Part shown: one piece after another, positions 30,401-39,626 of the stretch
Position numbering within the stretch: position 1 is the stretch's first letter
Layout of the letters: every line of letters starts with the position of its first letter
Assembly: GCA_963696395.1 (NCBI GenBank)
Contig: CAVOJZ010000002.1
Span: forward strand, 784,619-848,618
Length of the DNA: 64,000 nt
Direction of reading: 5' to 3'
Origin: an uncultured bacterium
GTDB lineage: Bacteria > Patescibacteriota > Minisyncoccia > UBA6257 > 2-01-FULL-56-20
The notes under the pieces: generated by a model
What the model saw: the letters and a program-made list of their open reading frames with translations, nothing else
The model's database searches: none
What the model was told of the DNA's origin: nothing
Program-made: the position numbers and the translations under genes

Positions 30401-33400
30401 TATCTCCGACACCGAAGGCGACACGTTTACTCTCGCCACTTCTACCAACTGCGGCTGCGGCGGTTTTTACGTCGATAACTATCTCTACTACGCGGCTAAC
30501 ATTAGAGGAGGGGCCGATGCCGTTTCATTCCACTGGAACACTACGAACTGGAATATAGTGGGTATTGATGAATATTCCGGCGTGGCGACATCGAGCCCGC
30601 TTGATCAAATCAATCAGGGGTCGGGAGCCAACCTAACGTCCATAAGTAGCGGCAACGTCACCACGACACAAGCGAACGAATTGTTATTCTCGTCATTTGC
30701 CGGGACCAGCGGTGGAACTCCTTCTGTTTCGGCAGGTTGGACCACGGAACTCAGTAATAATGCGAACGGTAATATCGATATTGACTCCGCCAACGAAATT
30801 GCCTCCACAACAGGGAACTACTCAAATACTTTTTCTGGATTGGCAAGCTATGGGACCGGCGGAGTCTATATCGTGGCATTCAAATCAGGTGCACCCGCTC
30901 CTCCAACCATTTCTTCTTTTACTGCTTCACCTACCATAGTGGCGTTAGCGGGAACAAGTACTCTTAGTTGGAGTGTCACCAACGCCTCTTCCGTCGCCAT
31001 CACCCCGGGCAATCTCTCGACAAGTACGCTCGTCGGTTCAACCGTGGTAAATCCTACCTCCACGAAGGTCTACATTCTAGCCGCTGCCAATTCGAACGGA
31101 ACAAGTACCGCGACGACGACGGTGACAGTAGACAACACTCCGCCAACCACCCCCACGAGTGTCGTCGCATCCGCGACGGGAATTTCGAGTATATCGGTCA
31201 GTTGGGCAAACTCCACTGATTCTGGAGGATCTGGACTCGCGGGTTATAACATCTTCCGATGTACAGGAGGGTCGTGTACACCGACAGCGAGATTAGCAAC
31301 GTCCTCGAACAATTCGTATAGCGATTCGGGCCTCGCTGCCTCTACTACGTATACCTATGCCATATCTGCTTTCGATGGTGTGGGTAACACTTCCGCTACG
31401 TCATCCAATGCTGGCGCGACTACGCAGGCAGCGGGTAGCAGCACGATCTATGCCGCCACTTGTGCCGTGGCAGACGTGCAGGCAGCGGTGAATTCTTCAA
31501 CGAACGGGGGTACGGTGATTATTCCTTCGTGTTCCTCCGGTGTTACGTGGAGTACCGGATTGACGATCACGGACGGTATCACGCTTATCGGCCAAGGGGC
31601 CGGAAATACAGTGATCACCGATGGCACCAGCAAAGGTGATAGCAATTGCCAGGGGACAACGCCGCTCATCAACGTCAGCGAGTCTACGAACGTGCCAGTG
31701 AGGATTTCGGGATTCACGATCAACGGGGAGCCTCCAGCCTATAACTGCGGAGAAAGCGCCGATCATATTTCGATTAATGGCAGCACGCATCAATTTCGTG
31801 TTGACGACATTACGTTCAACCTAGATGTCACTGGTGTGAACACGGGCGGCGACGTTTGGGGTCTGATTGATCACAACACCTTTAATGACGCGGCCGACGT
31901 TTTCCCGGTTGCCGTGCACCACGAATCGTGGCAAGGAGTCGGAGCTTGGGGAGATAATTCTTGGGCACAGCCCGACACCATGGGTACTCCCGCCGCTGTC
32001 TATATCGAAAATAATTCCTTCAGTTTCACTTCGGGAGGGAGCTTTCCTGTAGGTTGCTTCGACAGCGAAGAGGGTGGTCGCCTTGTTTTTCGCGACAACA
32101 CCGGATGTCCGTTTGTCGGCGTCCACGGAACGGATTCCAGCGGTCGTTACCGGAGTGTTCGCGAATATGAGATCTACGGGAATACGTTTGTCGCACAACC
32201 CAATCCAAACGGGAATATGTATACCGGTGTTTTCCTTCGTGGCGGGACCGGAATGATTTTCAATAATAATTTTAGTGATAACGTGCCCTCATCGACACCT
32301 TATAACACGTTGATACTGCCGACCAATTACCGGGATACCAACGATGCTTGGGCACCATGGGGAAGTAACGACGGCAGCGGCGGATGTGATGGCCGTGCGC
32401 CATTCGATACCGATACTGGAATCACGTATGCGACTGGTACATATAACGGCGCGGGGGGAACGACCGAGATTCTGACCGATACAACAAAAAATTGGGCGAC
32501 CAATCAATGGGTCGGCTACTCAGCGGTGGATATCACGGCCGGGTGGGGAAGCGCTATAGACTCAAATACGGCGACAACGGTTACCACTGAAGCGGCCGCG
32601 CAAGGAACAGCTCACGCATGGACAACGGGAGATAGTTACGAAATCCTCAAAGCGTATCCGTGCATCGATCAAATCGGTCGTGGGATGGGTCTCCTGGTGA
32701 GGGATTTAGTCAACGGAGATGGACTCCCCGTTCTCAACTCCACGGGCAATCCCGGACCGGTTGATGAAAGCTCCGATCCTCTTTATGAATGGGGGAATGA
32801 TCACAATGGCATTGAACAGGCTGCTATCGTCAGTGAAACCCCGCAGCACGTTGCTGCCAATCGTGACTACTACGATTGGACATCCTCTTTCACCGGCACC
32901 TCCGGCGTCGGCTCCGGCCTTCTTTCCGCCCGTCCTTCGACCTGTACGGCCGGCGTCGGGTATTGGGCTACCGACACGAATGTTCTGTATCAATGTTCCA
33001 CAACCAATGTCTGGTCTCCGTATTATTCTCCCGCTCCGTATCCCTACCCCCTGACGACCGGCGGTTTTCCGAATGATCCCAAACTCACGGCCACAAGTTC
33101 TTCCTCGAATGATGGTTCCATCTCCCAGTTCCCCGCGGGAACCAATTTTGTCGCTGGTACAAATGTAACCCTCACCGCCAATGCCTCCTCTGGCTACGTC
33201 TTTGCCGGTTGGACGGGAAGCGTTTCCACGACAACCAATCCCGTGACGGTTACCATGAATAGCAATATGACGGAGACGGCAGATTTCAGCTCAGCATCTT
33301 CTTCTCCTCTCATCTCCTCCTTCTCTGCTTCTCCCCAATACACAGAACCAAGCGTCACAAGCACCCTCTCCTGGACGGTCTCAAATGCCTCTTCTGTCAG

Positions 33401-34232
33401 TATCACCCCCGGAGGATTCAGTACCTCAACCCTTGTGGGTTCCTGGTATGTCGCCCCAACGTCCACCACCATCTATACCCTCACGGCAGGATCTCCCAAC
33501 GGTACCTCAACCGCCCAAACCACGATCACCGTCCAAAGCATCCCTCCCTCTATCCCCCAGAATCTCTCTGCAAACCCCGTCTCTCCCTCAGAGATTGATC
33601 TCTCTTGGACTGCATCTACGAGCACCATCCCCATCGCTGGCTATGACCTCTATCAGAATGGAACCAAGATTGCATCAACCAGCAATACCTCCTATGCCAA
33701 TACCGGCCTCAACCAAGCCACCACGTATACGTATACCGTTGATGCCTTTGACGCCGCCGGGAATGTCTCCCCGCAGAGTTCTTCTACCTCAGCAACCACG
33801 GAAACCGAGCAATCTGGCGGAGGGGGAGGAGGTGGCGGCGGGGGTGGTGATGGTGGTGGATATTACTACGAGCCTCCTGCGACGACCACAGCGTCAAGCA
33901 CTCCAGGAACGGCAAGCGAGTCGTCACTCCTTGCAACCCTCCTCGCAGAGCTTGAAGGCCTCATCAAACAACTGAATACAGAGCTCGTAGCATCCTTCAC
34001 GAGAAACCTCACCATTGGCTCCACGGGAGCAGACGTCAAGAACCTTCAAGTCTTCCTGAATGACAACGGCTACACCATTGCCTCATCAGGACCAGGATCC
34101 CTTGGCAAAGAATCTACCTACTTTGGCGTAAAGACCCAAGAAGCTCTTGCCAAGTGGCAGAAGGCCAATGGACTTCCTGCTACGGGATTCTTCGGGGGAC
34201 TGACGAGGGGGGTGATGAAGAAGCTCTACTGA
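27492..34232 (+). CDS. giant (2246 aa) cell-surface protein: signal peptide, 4 Ig-like modules, 3 Fn3 domains, two right-handed beta-helix (pectate-lyase-like) regions, Gly-rich linker, C-terminal PG_binding_1-like domain
   Basis: Uninterrupted ORF. Repeated ...ISSFSA.P...GTSTLSW.VS.ASS...NPTSTT.YTL.A.NSNGTSTATTTVTV modules are partly identical at nucleotide level (about 28250, 30010, 30910, 33310). A duplicated Fn3 + beta-helix super-module sits at ~28480-29900 and ~31130-32560. C-terminus NLTIGSTGADVKNLQVFLNDNGY...ALAKWQKANGL. Confidence 0.8.
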   Translation: MVGCHRSYTRPLYILLALGVVLFGMQGRQAKAAIIAGTVTTSTSAATITSSTVSVNIASSSSSALFVTVADQFGAVASASYNGVPMVKLWGVLDGAGVTEDAGFILGNPATGTHNLIVQWATNNGGIDAIMAQPYYGVAQGNTTNTTYRAPTFGNDGGNTTTTAKETVSNAQSGDVVIDGIGSYSGPALTPSSSQTVNYEVTNLLSDGFSMGSSYETASGATTMSWTLTPADYWSMGAVPLIPATIPPTISSFSAAPTIVANNGTSTLSWNVSGATSLSINNGIGTVTGTSTTTPALATTTLYTLTAVNSNGTSTATTTVTVDSQAPTVPQNLIATNSTKNSISLSWATSTDNISVAGYNIDRCLGSCTPTSTVATTTQTSYTDSGLAASTTYTYAISAFDEVGNTSALSTSTMASTSAYDVACSGDITTALQNVISAATDGNTIIIGPGTCTISSVVTWTNKNITVMGSGIDVTDINAAQSAFKITITNPAEAAWRLSGFTLQGTNSSNTLINVDGTGAGQWTWGWRIDHVKVNYSGVVSNDPMTIDGVTYGLIDHDDFIVAGGGTFILMAGYMSPEDGSSISKLLGLYDMSLPLDLGTYKALYIENCTFSDNGSGNSYSSFDSSAGGARVVFRYNTLQGVVYSHWTRGGEIGGFKYEVYNNVMTGDSGNQLPLRMEAGTGVIFDNTITGYADQQFWIDERRGQQAQTSSPTLACDGTHAWDGNIEASGWPCLGQIGRSPGSAPGNQTTSPLYAWNNGTSTGCSTGGSCINSVNLTVFDLGTGIDPTLFLKTTGSPHTNGNVDYVNNGSTPMPGYTPFTYPYPLNANGMPSSSTIPTISSFSASPQEVLSGGTSTLSWSVSNASSVLLTGTGLNLSTTTQIGSTNVNPTSTTIFTLSASNSNGTSTATTTVTVTSAGQTISFVQSTSSAPNFLGGAGTTTATFGSNTTAGDFIVVTVGGSGISSFPTGTISDTEGDTFTLATSTNCGCGGFYVDNYLYYAANIRGGADAVSFHWNTTNWNIVGIDEYSGVATSSPLDQINQGSGANLTSISSGNVTTTQANELLFSSFAGTSGGTPSVSAGWTTELSNNANGNIDIDSANEIASTTGNYSNTFSGLASYGTGGVYIVAFKSGAPAPPTISSFTASPTIVALAGTSTLSWSVTNASSVAITPGNLSTSTLVGSTVVNPTSTKVYILAAANSNGTSTATTTVTVDNTPPTTPTSVVASATGISSISVSWANSTDSGGSGLAGYNIFRCTGGSCTPTARLATSSNNSYSDSGLAASTTYTYAISAFDGVGNTSATSSNAGATTQAAGSSTIYAATCAVADVQAAVNSSTNGGTVIIPSCSSGVTWSTGLTITDGITLIGQGAGNTVITDGTSKGDSNCQGTTPLINVSESTNVPVRISGFTINGEPPAYNCGESADHISINGSTHQFRVDDITFNLDVTGVNTGGDVWGLIDHNTFNDAADVFPVAVHHESWQGVGAWGDNSWAQPDTMGTPAAVYIENNSFSFTSGGSFPVGCFDSEEGGRLVFRDNTGCPFVGVHGTDSSGRYRSVREYEIYGNTFVAQPNPNGNMYTGVFLRGGTGMIFNNNFSDNVPSSTPYNTLILPTNYRDTNDAWAPWGSNDGSGGCDGRAPFDTDTGITYATGTYNGAGGTTEILTDTTKNWATNQWVGYSAVDITAGWGSAIDSNTATTVTTEAAAQGTAHAWTTGDSYEILKAYPCIDQIGRGMGLLVRDLVNGDGLPVLNSTGNPGPVDESSDPLYEWGNDHNGIEQAAIVSETPQHVAANRDYYDWTSSFTGTSGVGSGLLSARPSTCTAGVGYWATDTNVLYQCSTTNVWSPYYSPAPYPYPLTTGGFPNDPKLTATSSSSNDGSISQFPAGTNFVAGTNVTLTANASSGYVFAGWTGSVSTTTNPVTVTMNSNMTETADFSSASSSPLISSFSASPQYTEPSVTSTLSWTVSNASSVSITPGGFSTSTLVGSWYVAPTSTTIYTLTAGSPNGTSTAQTTITVQSIPPSIPQNLSANPVSPSEIDLSWTASTSTIPIAGYDLYQNGTKIASTSNTSYANTGLNQATTYTYTVDAFDAAGNVSPQSSSTSATTETEQSGGGGGGGGGGGDGGGYYYEPPATTTASSTPGTASESSLLATLLAELEGLIKQLNTELVASFTRNLTIGSTGADVKNLQVFLNDNGYTIASSGPGSLGKESTYFGVKTQEALAKWQKANGLPATGFFGGLTRGVMKKLY

Positions 34233-34397
34233 GCCGTCCCCGTTTTGGAGGCGATACTGAAATTAAGTCCCTAATTAAAATCCGACTCCCCGTAGGTCGT
34301 TCCCGAAAATCTGATGATTACAAGGTTTTGGTGAAAAAAGTCAAATCAAAAACCTCGAGTTCATCGAGGTTTTTGAGTGGTTCGACAGTGATGCTAA

Positions 34398-34470
34398 GGG
34401 TGGACCTGGGGGGAATCGAACCCCCATCTATCGGATGCAAACCGATTGCTCTACCACTAAGCTACAGGCC
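34398..34470 (-). tRNA. tRNA-Ala (anticodon TGC)
   Basis: Acceptor GGGCCTG/CAGGTCC with G3:U70, D-arm GCTTAGTGGTAGAGC, anticodon loop TTTGCAT, T-arm GGGGG-TTCGATT-CCCCC. Confidence 0.8.
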
Positions 34471-34524
34471 CGAGCGAGAAAAGAGTAGACGCCTTTCGCG
34501 TCTATTTGGTGATTTTACCCTAGC

Positions 34525-34553
34525 TTGACAAAAAATGAAAGGGGGCTTATAAT
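34525..34553 (+). promoter_or_regulatory. consensus sigma-70 promoter (TTGACA-17-TATAAT)
   Basis: TTGACA 34525-34530, TATAAT 34548-34553. Confidence 0.65.
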
Positions 34554-34559
34554 AGCGAA

Positions 34560-34805
34560 TAGTGAAGATATTCATTTAGCTCGGATGCGGCTGCATGGCG
34601 GAGAGCCATCGGCAGACACGGTTCCGCATCCTTACCGGGCGGCAGTTGGGCCGAGCTCATCGGCGGGCGATGCTCATCGCCCAACTGGCCGCTTTACGGG
34701 TGGGATTGTTCCTCCGGGAGGAGACTTGTGGACAATCCCACCCAGTCTGAATGATAAATACGTTCATAAGAACGTGGCCGCGGAAGATGCAGTTGCATCC
34801 CGCGG
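34560..34805 (+). ncRNA. candidate structured ncRNA (~245 nt) of unknown class, bounded by a consensus promoter and an intrinsic terminator
   Basis: No plausible ORF. Hairpins GGATGCGG...CCGCATCC (34592-34640), GGGTGGGATTGT...ACAATCCCACCC with internal CTCC-GGGA-GGAG GNRA hairpin (34688-34733), GGGCGAT-GCTC-ATCGCCC. 5' and 3' ends can pair (TGAAGATATTCATT / AATGATAAATACGTTCA). Confidence 0.4.
34766..34805 (+). terminator. intrinsic terminator
   Basis: GGCCGCGGAAGATGCAGTTGCATCCCGCGGC + TTTTTATTT. Confidence 0.65.
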
Positions 34806-34832
34806 CTTTTTATTTGACAAAAAAGCAGCCTC
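34804..34832 (+). promoter_or_regulatory. sigma-70 promoter for rpsL (TTGACA-17-TACAAT), overlapping the upstream terminator T-run
   Basis: TTGACA 34804-34809, TACAAT 34827-34832, ~55 nt before rpsL ATG. Confidence 0.6.
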
Positions 34833-34892
34833 ACCCTACAATACACAGTGTTCGGTGGTTCAATGCCGCCGGATATTTTTTGAAATCATCTT

Positions 34893-35306
34893 ATGCCAAC
34901 GATTAGACAGTTAATCAAAAAAGGACGTCACCCGCAAAAAGCGAAAAGCAAATCGCCTGCGTTGTCGTTCTATTTCAATTCGATCAAAAACCGCCCGGTT
35001 GATTCCGGTGCGCCATTTAAAAGAGGAGTGTGCGTGAAGGTTTTCACAACCACCCCAAAGAAGCCGAACTCAGCTTTGCGTAAGGTTGCCCGCGTGCGGC
35101 TCACGAACGGCAACGAAGTGACTGCCTATATTCCCGGTGAAGGCCACGCGTTGCAGGAACACTCAATCGTCATGCTTCGCGGCGGCCGCGTGAAAGATCT
35201 TCCGGGTGTGCGCTATCACATTGTCCGCGGCGTGCTCGATACCACCGGCGTTGAGGGCCGCAAGCAGCAGCGCTCAAAATATGGAGCGAAGCACGGCAAG
35301 AAATAG
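34893..35306 (+). CDS. rpsL: 30S ribosomal protein S12
   Basis: ...[71 protein letters not shown]. Confidence 0.9.
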   Translation: MPTIRQLIKKGRHPQKAKSKSPALSFYFNSIKNRPVDSGAPFKRGVCVKVFTTTPKKPNSALRKVARVRLTNGNEVTAYIPGEGHALQEHSIVMLRGGRVKDLPGVRYHIVRGVLDTTGVEGRKQQRSKYGAKHGKK

Positions 35307-35335
35307 AAAACATTAAATTTTGATTAAATTTCCCC

Positions 35336-35803
35336 ATGAGAAAAAAGCGCGTATATAAAAAATTTCACGAAGCGGAGGGCGTTCACGGACGTGTTGAGTT
35401 GGCACGCTTCATTAACTACGTGATGAAAGACGGAAAGAAATCCACAGCAGAGCGGTTGGTGTATAGCGCCCTCGACAAGATAAAAGAAACAACCAAGGAA
35501 GATCCGATGGTGGTCTTCGACAAGGCACTTGAAAACGCATCGCCTTTGCTCGAAGTCGCTTCAAAGCGCGTTGGCGGAGCAAACTATCAGGTTCCCCGCG
35601 AAGTTCGCCCCGAACGAAAATTCATTTTGGCTTTGCGTTGGATCATCGGCGCTGCCCGTTCCAAGAAAGGAAAAGGGATGGCGGATAAACTCGCGGAAGA
35701 ATTAATCGCCGCTTCGAAGAACGAAGGCGCTGCGATCAAAAAGAAGCAGGACATGCATCGCATGGCCGAAGCAAACCGCGCGTTCGCGCACTTCGCCCGA
35801 TAG
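35336..35803 (+). CDS. rpsG: 30S ribosomal protein S7
   Basis: uS7 fold signature ...VGGANYQVPREVRPERK... Confidence 0.9.
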   Translation: MRKKRVYKKFHEAEGVHGRVELARFINYVMKDGKKSTAERLVYSALDKIKETTKEDPMVVFDKALENASPLLEVASKRVGGANYQVPREVRPERKFILALRWIIGAARSKKGKGMADKLAEELIAASKNEGAAIKKKQDMHRMAEANRAFAHFAR

Positions 35804-35812
35804 ACCACGAAT

Positions 35813-37918
35813 ATGCCCCGACAGTATCCGATCGAAAAGATTAGAAATATTGGCATTATCGCACACATTGACGCAGGCAAGACCACGGTCTCCGAGCGTG
35901 TTTTGTTTTACACCGGCGTTTCGCACAAGATCGGCGAAGTGCACACGGGCGACACCGTGATGGATTGGATGGAGCAGGAGCGCGAGCGCGGCATCACGAT
36001 CACGTCCGCCGCAACCACCGCCTTCTGGTCGCCGACGTACCACGCCCACGACAAAAAGTACGAACACCGCATCAACCTCATCGATACTCCGGGACACATT
36101 GACTTCACGGTTGAAGTAAAGCGATCGCTCCGCGTTTTGGACGGAGCCGTTGTCGTTTTCGACGGCGTCGCCGGCGTTGAACCCCAATCCGAAACCAACT
36201 GGCGCTATGCGGACGAATACAAAGTGCCGCGCGTCTGCTTTATCAACAAGCTGGACCGTTCCGGCGCGAGCTTCCAGAAGAGCTTCCAATCCATTCTTGA
36301 CCGCCTCACGCCGAATGCCATTCCAATCCAGCTTCCGATCGGCAGTGAATCCGATTTTAAGGGCGTCGTGGATCTCCTCAGAAACACCGCATTTGCTTTC
36401 GAAGGGGAGCACGGTGAGAAAATCGTTGAAATTCCAATCCCGGAGGATATGAAGGCCGATGTCGAAAAGCATCGCCATGATCTCATCGAAAAAATCGCCG
36501 AGAACGATGACGCCGTGATGTCCGCCTATCTCGACGGCAAGGAAATTTCTCTCGATGACCTTCGCAAAACATTGCGCAAAGCCGTCATCGCAAACACGAT
36601 CGTCCCAGTGCTCACGGGATCCGCCTTAAAGAACAAGGGCGTGCAATTCATGCTCGACGCCGTCGTTGAATATCTTCCGTCACCGGCTGACCTTCCGCCG
36701 ATCAAGGCGCACGACGAAAAAACCGGAGATGTGGTTGAAGTGAAGCTTACCGACGAAGAGCACTTTACGGGCCTTGCATTCAAGATCGCAACAGATCCCT
36801 TCGTCGGCAACCTCGCATTTTTCCGCGTCTACGCCGGAGTCTTAAAGCGCGGTTCTTATGTCTATAACGCAACCAAAGGTGCCCAGGAGCGCGTCGGCCG
36901 CATCGTGCGTATGCACGCAAACGACCGCGAAGAAGTTGATGAGATTTATTCCGGGGAAATTGCCGCTATCGTGGGATTAAAGAGCACGACCACGGGCGAT
37001 ACGCTTTGTGATCCTGAACATCCGGTGATTTTGGAAAAGATCACGTTTCCAGAACCGGTTATCGGTTTGCGCATCGAGCCGAAAACCAAGGCTGACCAGG
37101 AAAAAATGGGTACCGCTTTGCACCGCTTGGCGGAAGAGGATCCGACCTTCCGGGTCGCAGGCGATAACGAAACCGGTGAGACGATCATCAGCGGTATGGG
37201 TGAATTGCACCTCGAAATTATCGTTGACCGTATGAAGCGCGAATTCAATGTGGATGCGAATGTCGGACGCCCTCAGGTGGCTTACAAAGAAACCATCATG
37301 GCGGACGGCGATGCGGAAGGGAAGTACATCAAACAATCCGGCGGCCGCGGACAATACGGCCATGTGCGTTTGCGCGTGAAGCCGCTCGAACGCGGGACGG
37401 GCTTCGTGTTCCTCGATGAAATTAAAGGAGGCGCGATCCCCAAAGAATTTATCAATCCTACGGAGAAAGGCGTAAAGGAAGCCCTCGATAAAGGCGTCGT
37501 TGCCGGCTATCCGATGGTGGATATCGAAGTCACGCTCTACGACGGTTCGTTCCACGAAGTGGACTCATCCGAAGCGGCATTCAAAATCGCCGGTTCCATG
37601 GCTTTCCAGGAAGCTGCAAGACGGGCGAAGCCGGTGATTCTCGAACCGATCATGAAAATTCAGGTTATCGTCCCGGATAACTTCATGGGCGAAGTCACGG
37701 GCAACCTCAACTCCAAGCGCGGACGCATCGAATCCATGGACGACCGTCCGGGATTGAAGGTGATCAACGCAAAAGTTCCGCTTTCTGAACTCTTTGGTTA
37801 TGCAACGGAATTGCGTTCCATGACGCAGGGCCGCGGCAGTTTCACTATGGAGTTTGACCATTACGAGCCGGCGCCGAACAATGTTGCCCAGCTGATTATC
37901 GAAGGAAAGAAGCGATAA
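35813..37918 (+). CDS. fusA: elongation factor G
   Basis: [10 protein letters not shown]1 motif, DTPGHIDF, full five-domain length of 701 aa. Confidence 0.9.
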   Translation: MPRQYPIEKIRNIGIIAHIDAGKTTVSERVLFYTGVSHKIGEVHTGDTVMDWMEQERERGITITSAATTAFWSPTYHAHDKKYEHRINLIDTPGHIDFTVEVKRSLRVLDGAVVVFDGVAGVEPQSETNWRYADEYKVPRVCFINKLDRSGASFQKSFQSILDRLTPNAIPIQLPIGSESDFKGVVDLLRNTAFAFEGEHGEKIVEIPIPEDMKADVEKHRHDLIEKIAENDDAVMSAYLDGKEISLDDLRKTLRKAVIANTIVPVLTGSALKNKGVQFMLDAVVEYLPSPADLPPIKAHDEKTGDVVEVKLTDEEHFTGLAFKIATDPFVGNLAFFRVYAGVLKRGSYVYNATKGAQERVGRIVRMHANDREEVDEIYSGEIAAIVGLKSTTTGDTLCDPEHPVILEKITFPEPVIGLRIEPKTKADQEKMGTALHRLAEEDPTFRVAGDNETGETIISGMGELHLEIIVDRMKREFNVDANVGRPQVAYKETIMADGDAEGKYIKQSGGRGQYGHVRLRVKPLERGTGFVFLDEIKGGAIPKEFINPTEKGVKEALDKGVVAGYPMVDIEVTLYDGSFHEVDSSEAAFKIAGSMAFQEAARRAKPVILEPIMKIQVIVPDNFMGEVTGNLNSKRGRIESMDDRPGLKVINAKVPLSELFGYATELRSMTQGRGSFTMEFDHYEPAPNNVAQLIIEGKKR

Positions 37919-37937
37919 AGAGTCTTGTATAAAAAAG

Positions 37938-37969
37938 GGGCCACCGCGTAAGCGGTGGCTTTGTTATTT
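37938..37969. terminator. bidirectional intrinsic terminator after fusA
   Basis: AAAAAAGGGGCCACCGCG-TAA-GCGGTGGCTTTGTTATTT. Confidence 0.7.
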
Positions 37970-38440
37970 GTAGTCAGGGGATTCGAATGACTCAAGAGTC
38001 AAACTGAGAGCTGTGGCAATACACTCGCGGACGTAGTCGTCCGTTGAAGTTTTCCCGTTCTCGATGTTTTCGATTTCGGACTCTTCGAGATTGAGGCGCG
38101 TGCTCAAGACATCCAGACTGACCCTTTCGAGGGTTCGCCAGTACCGAAGCCTGTTTCCAAATTCAATCGTACTCAGCCGGCCGATACGTGTCTTACGCGG
38201 CTTTTGACCGAGCGGTGGCTTTGGGTAAAGACCGGATGCCGAAGTTGAACTTGAGTTCGCAGGTTTTTCCGGAAGCTTCAGAAGAGATGGTCTCCGATCT
38301 TCGCCGTCGAAGCTGTTTCCACAAGCATGGCACGTCGTGCGATCTTTCCGTTGCGGTACGCCTTTTGCCGGACAACCATCTCTCTCGCAAAACTTTGTAT
38401 AGCCATTTGCTATTGATTCTTCACGCGTCCATGCAGGCAT
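37964..38440 (-). CDS. putative transcriptional regulator: N-terminal Cys-rich zinc-finger-like region + C-terminal XRE-type HTH
   Basis: CERDGCPAKG...CHACGN then IGRLSTIEFGNRLRYWRTLERVSLDVLSTRLNL HTH. Confidence 0.5.
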   Translation of the reverse strand: MPAWTREESIANGYTKFCERDGCPAKGVPQRKDRTTCHACGNSFDGEDRRPSLLKLPEKPANSSSTSASGLYPKPPLGQKPRKTRIGRLSTIEFGNRLRYWRTLERVSLDVLSTRLNLEESEIENIENGKTSTDDYVRECIATALSLTLESFESPDYK

Positions 38441-38522
38441 CGTGTGCCCTCGCTTTCTGTTTTTGACTGGATTGCTGGCCGTACTATATCACAGCTTGAG
38501 CCAGTTGGCAAAGACAACAACG

Positions 38523-39583
38523 CGAATTCAATCTTGAAATGCAACATCTCCGCGGGTGAGAATATCGGTACGTCGAATACCAAAAACCCACATAACGGAG
38601 ATGTCGCACTCGCATTTTACGCGCGACGACCGTGTCGCGCTAGCCCACCTGCTCTTGGTGGGCAAAACACAGTCATGGATCGCGGACCGGCTTGGCAAGA
38701 GTCCGGGTACAATCAGTCGGGAGATCAGGAGGAACCGTGATGATGACGGCGTATATCGCGGCGGCAGCGCCCATCACAAGACACAATACCGAAGGTTTGC
38801 TGCCAAAGAACCGTCGCAGAAATTGAAGCATGATCGAACGCTCCGCCGCCATGTCATGCGAAAACTCAAGCACTATTGGTCGCCCGAACAGATCGCGGGA
38901 CGTTTGCAGCGAATGACGAAACACACCGTCGTCTCCCATGAGACGATTTACCAGTTCGTATACCGCGACCGGTCGGACCTCAAAAAATATCTGCGGTATC
39001 AAAAGGGAAAGTGGCGCAGGAGGCGTGGCACGAACACGAGGAAAGCCAAGCGGAACGCATTGAAAATCAGGCGAATCGAAGAACGCCCACCGGTGGTTGA
39101 GGAGCGCAGGCGAATCGGCGACTGGGAAGGCGATACGATTCTTGACCGCACCAAAAAGCAACGGATGCTCACCCACGTCGATCGGGCGAGTGGTTTTGGT
39201 GCGGCGGACAAAGTCGAAAAAGTCACTGCGGAGAACGTACATGCGATCACGCGCGATCGGTTCAAAAAGATCCCGAAGAAAAAGCGGCACACCATGACAC
39301 GTGACAACGGTCCTGAGTTCGGCGATTACGATCGTTTGCTTGAAAAAGATATTGATATTACCGTCTACCGCGCGACGCCCTATCACTCTTGGGAACGCGG
39401 ATCGAATGAGAATTGGAACGGCCTGCTCCGGCAATTCTTTCCAAAAGGTATGGATTTTGCTATCGTGAAACAATCCGATATCGACCGAGTCGTCCGACTG
39501 CTCAATGACCGTCCGAGAAAACGGCTCGGCTATCTCACTCCACGAGAGGTGTTCAATGGTCGTTGCGATTCAAACTAGAATTC
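38523..39583 (+). mobile_element. IS30-family insertion sequence (~1.06 kb)
   Basis: Imperfect 22-bp terminal inverted repeats GAATTCAATCTTGAAATGCAAC (38523-38544) / GTTGCGATTCAAACTAGAATTC (39562-39583), with IRR overlapping the transposase stop as is typical for IS30. Confidence 0.7.
38601..39578 (+). CDS. IS30-family DDE transposase
   Basis: N-terminal HTH (SWIADRLGKSPGTISREIRRN), ...GDWEGDTI... DDE core; alternative upstream start at 38556. Confidence 0.85.
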   Translation: MSHSHFTRDDRVALAHLLLVGKTQSWIADRLGKSPGTISREIRRNRDDDGVYRGGSAHHKTQYRRFAAKEPSQKLKHDRTLRRHVMRKLKHYWSPEQIAGRLQRMTKHTVVSHETIYQFVYRDRSDLKKYLRYQKGKWRRRRGTNTRKAKRNALKIRRIEERPPVVEERRRIGDWEGDTILDRTKKQRMLTHVDRASGFGAADKVEKVTAENVHAITRDRFKKIPKKKRHTMTRDNGPEFGDYDRLLEKDIDITVYRATPYHSWERGSNENWNGLLRQFFPKGMDFAIVKQSDIDRVVRLLNDRPRKRLGYLTPREVFNGRCDSN

Positions 39584-39626
39584 AGGCAACCTTTCCATCA
39601 TTTTTTAATAATGCGATAATTACCAA

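Noticed and set aside
33820-33865. Poly-Gly run (GGGGGGGGGGGDGGG) in the giant protein as a possible slippage tract
   Set aside because: The codons are varied (GGC/GGA/GGG/GGT mixed), so there is no DNA homopolymer. It is a protein linker, not a slippage site.
34154-34528. 124-aa ORF overlapping tRNA-Ala
   Set aside because: Overlaps the tRNA on the opposite strand and the 3' end of the giant gene; spurious.
34525-34914. 129-aa ORF spanning the ncRNA candidate, its terminator and the rpsL promoter and start
   Set aside because: Crosses a terminator hairpin and a consensus promoter, overlaps rpsL out of frame, and has odd composition; not a gene.
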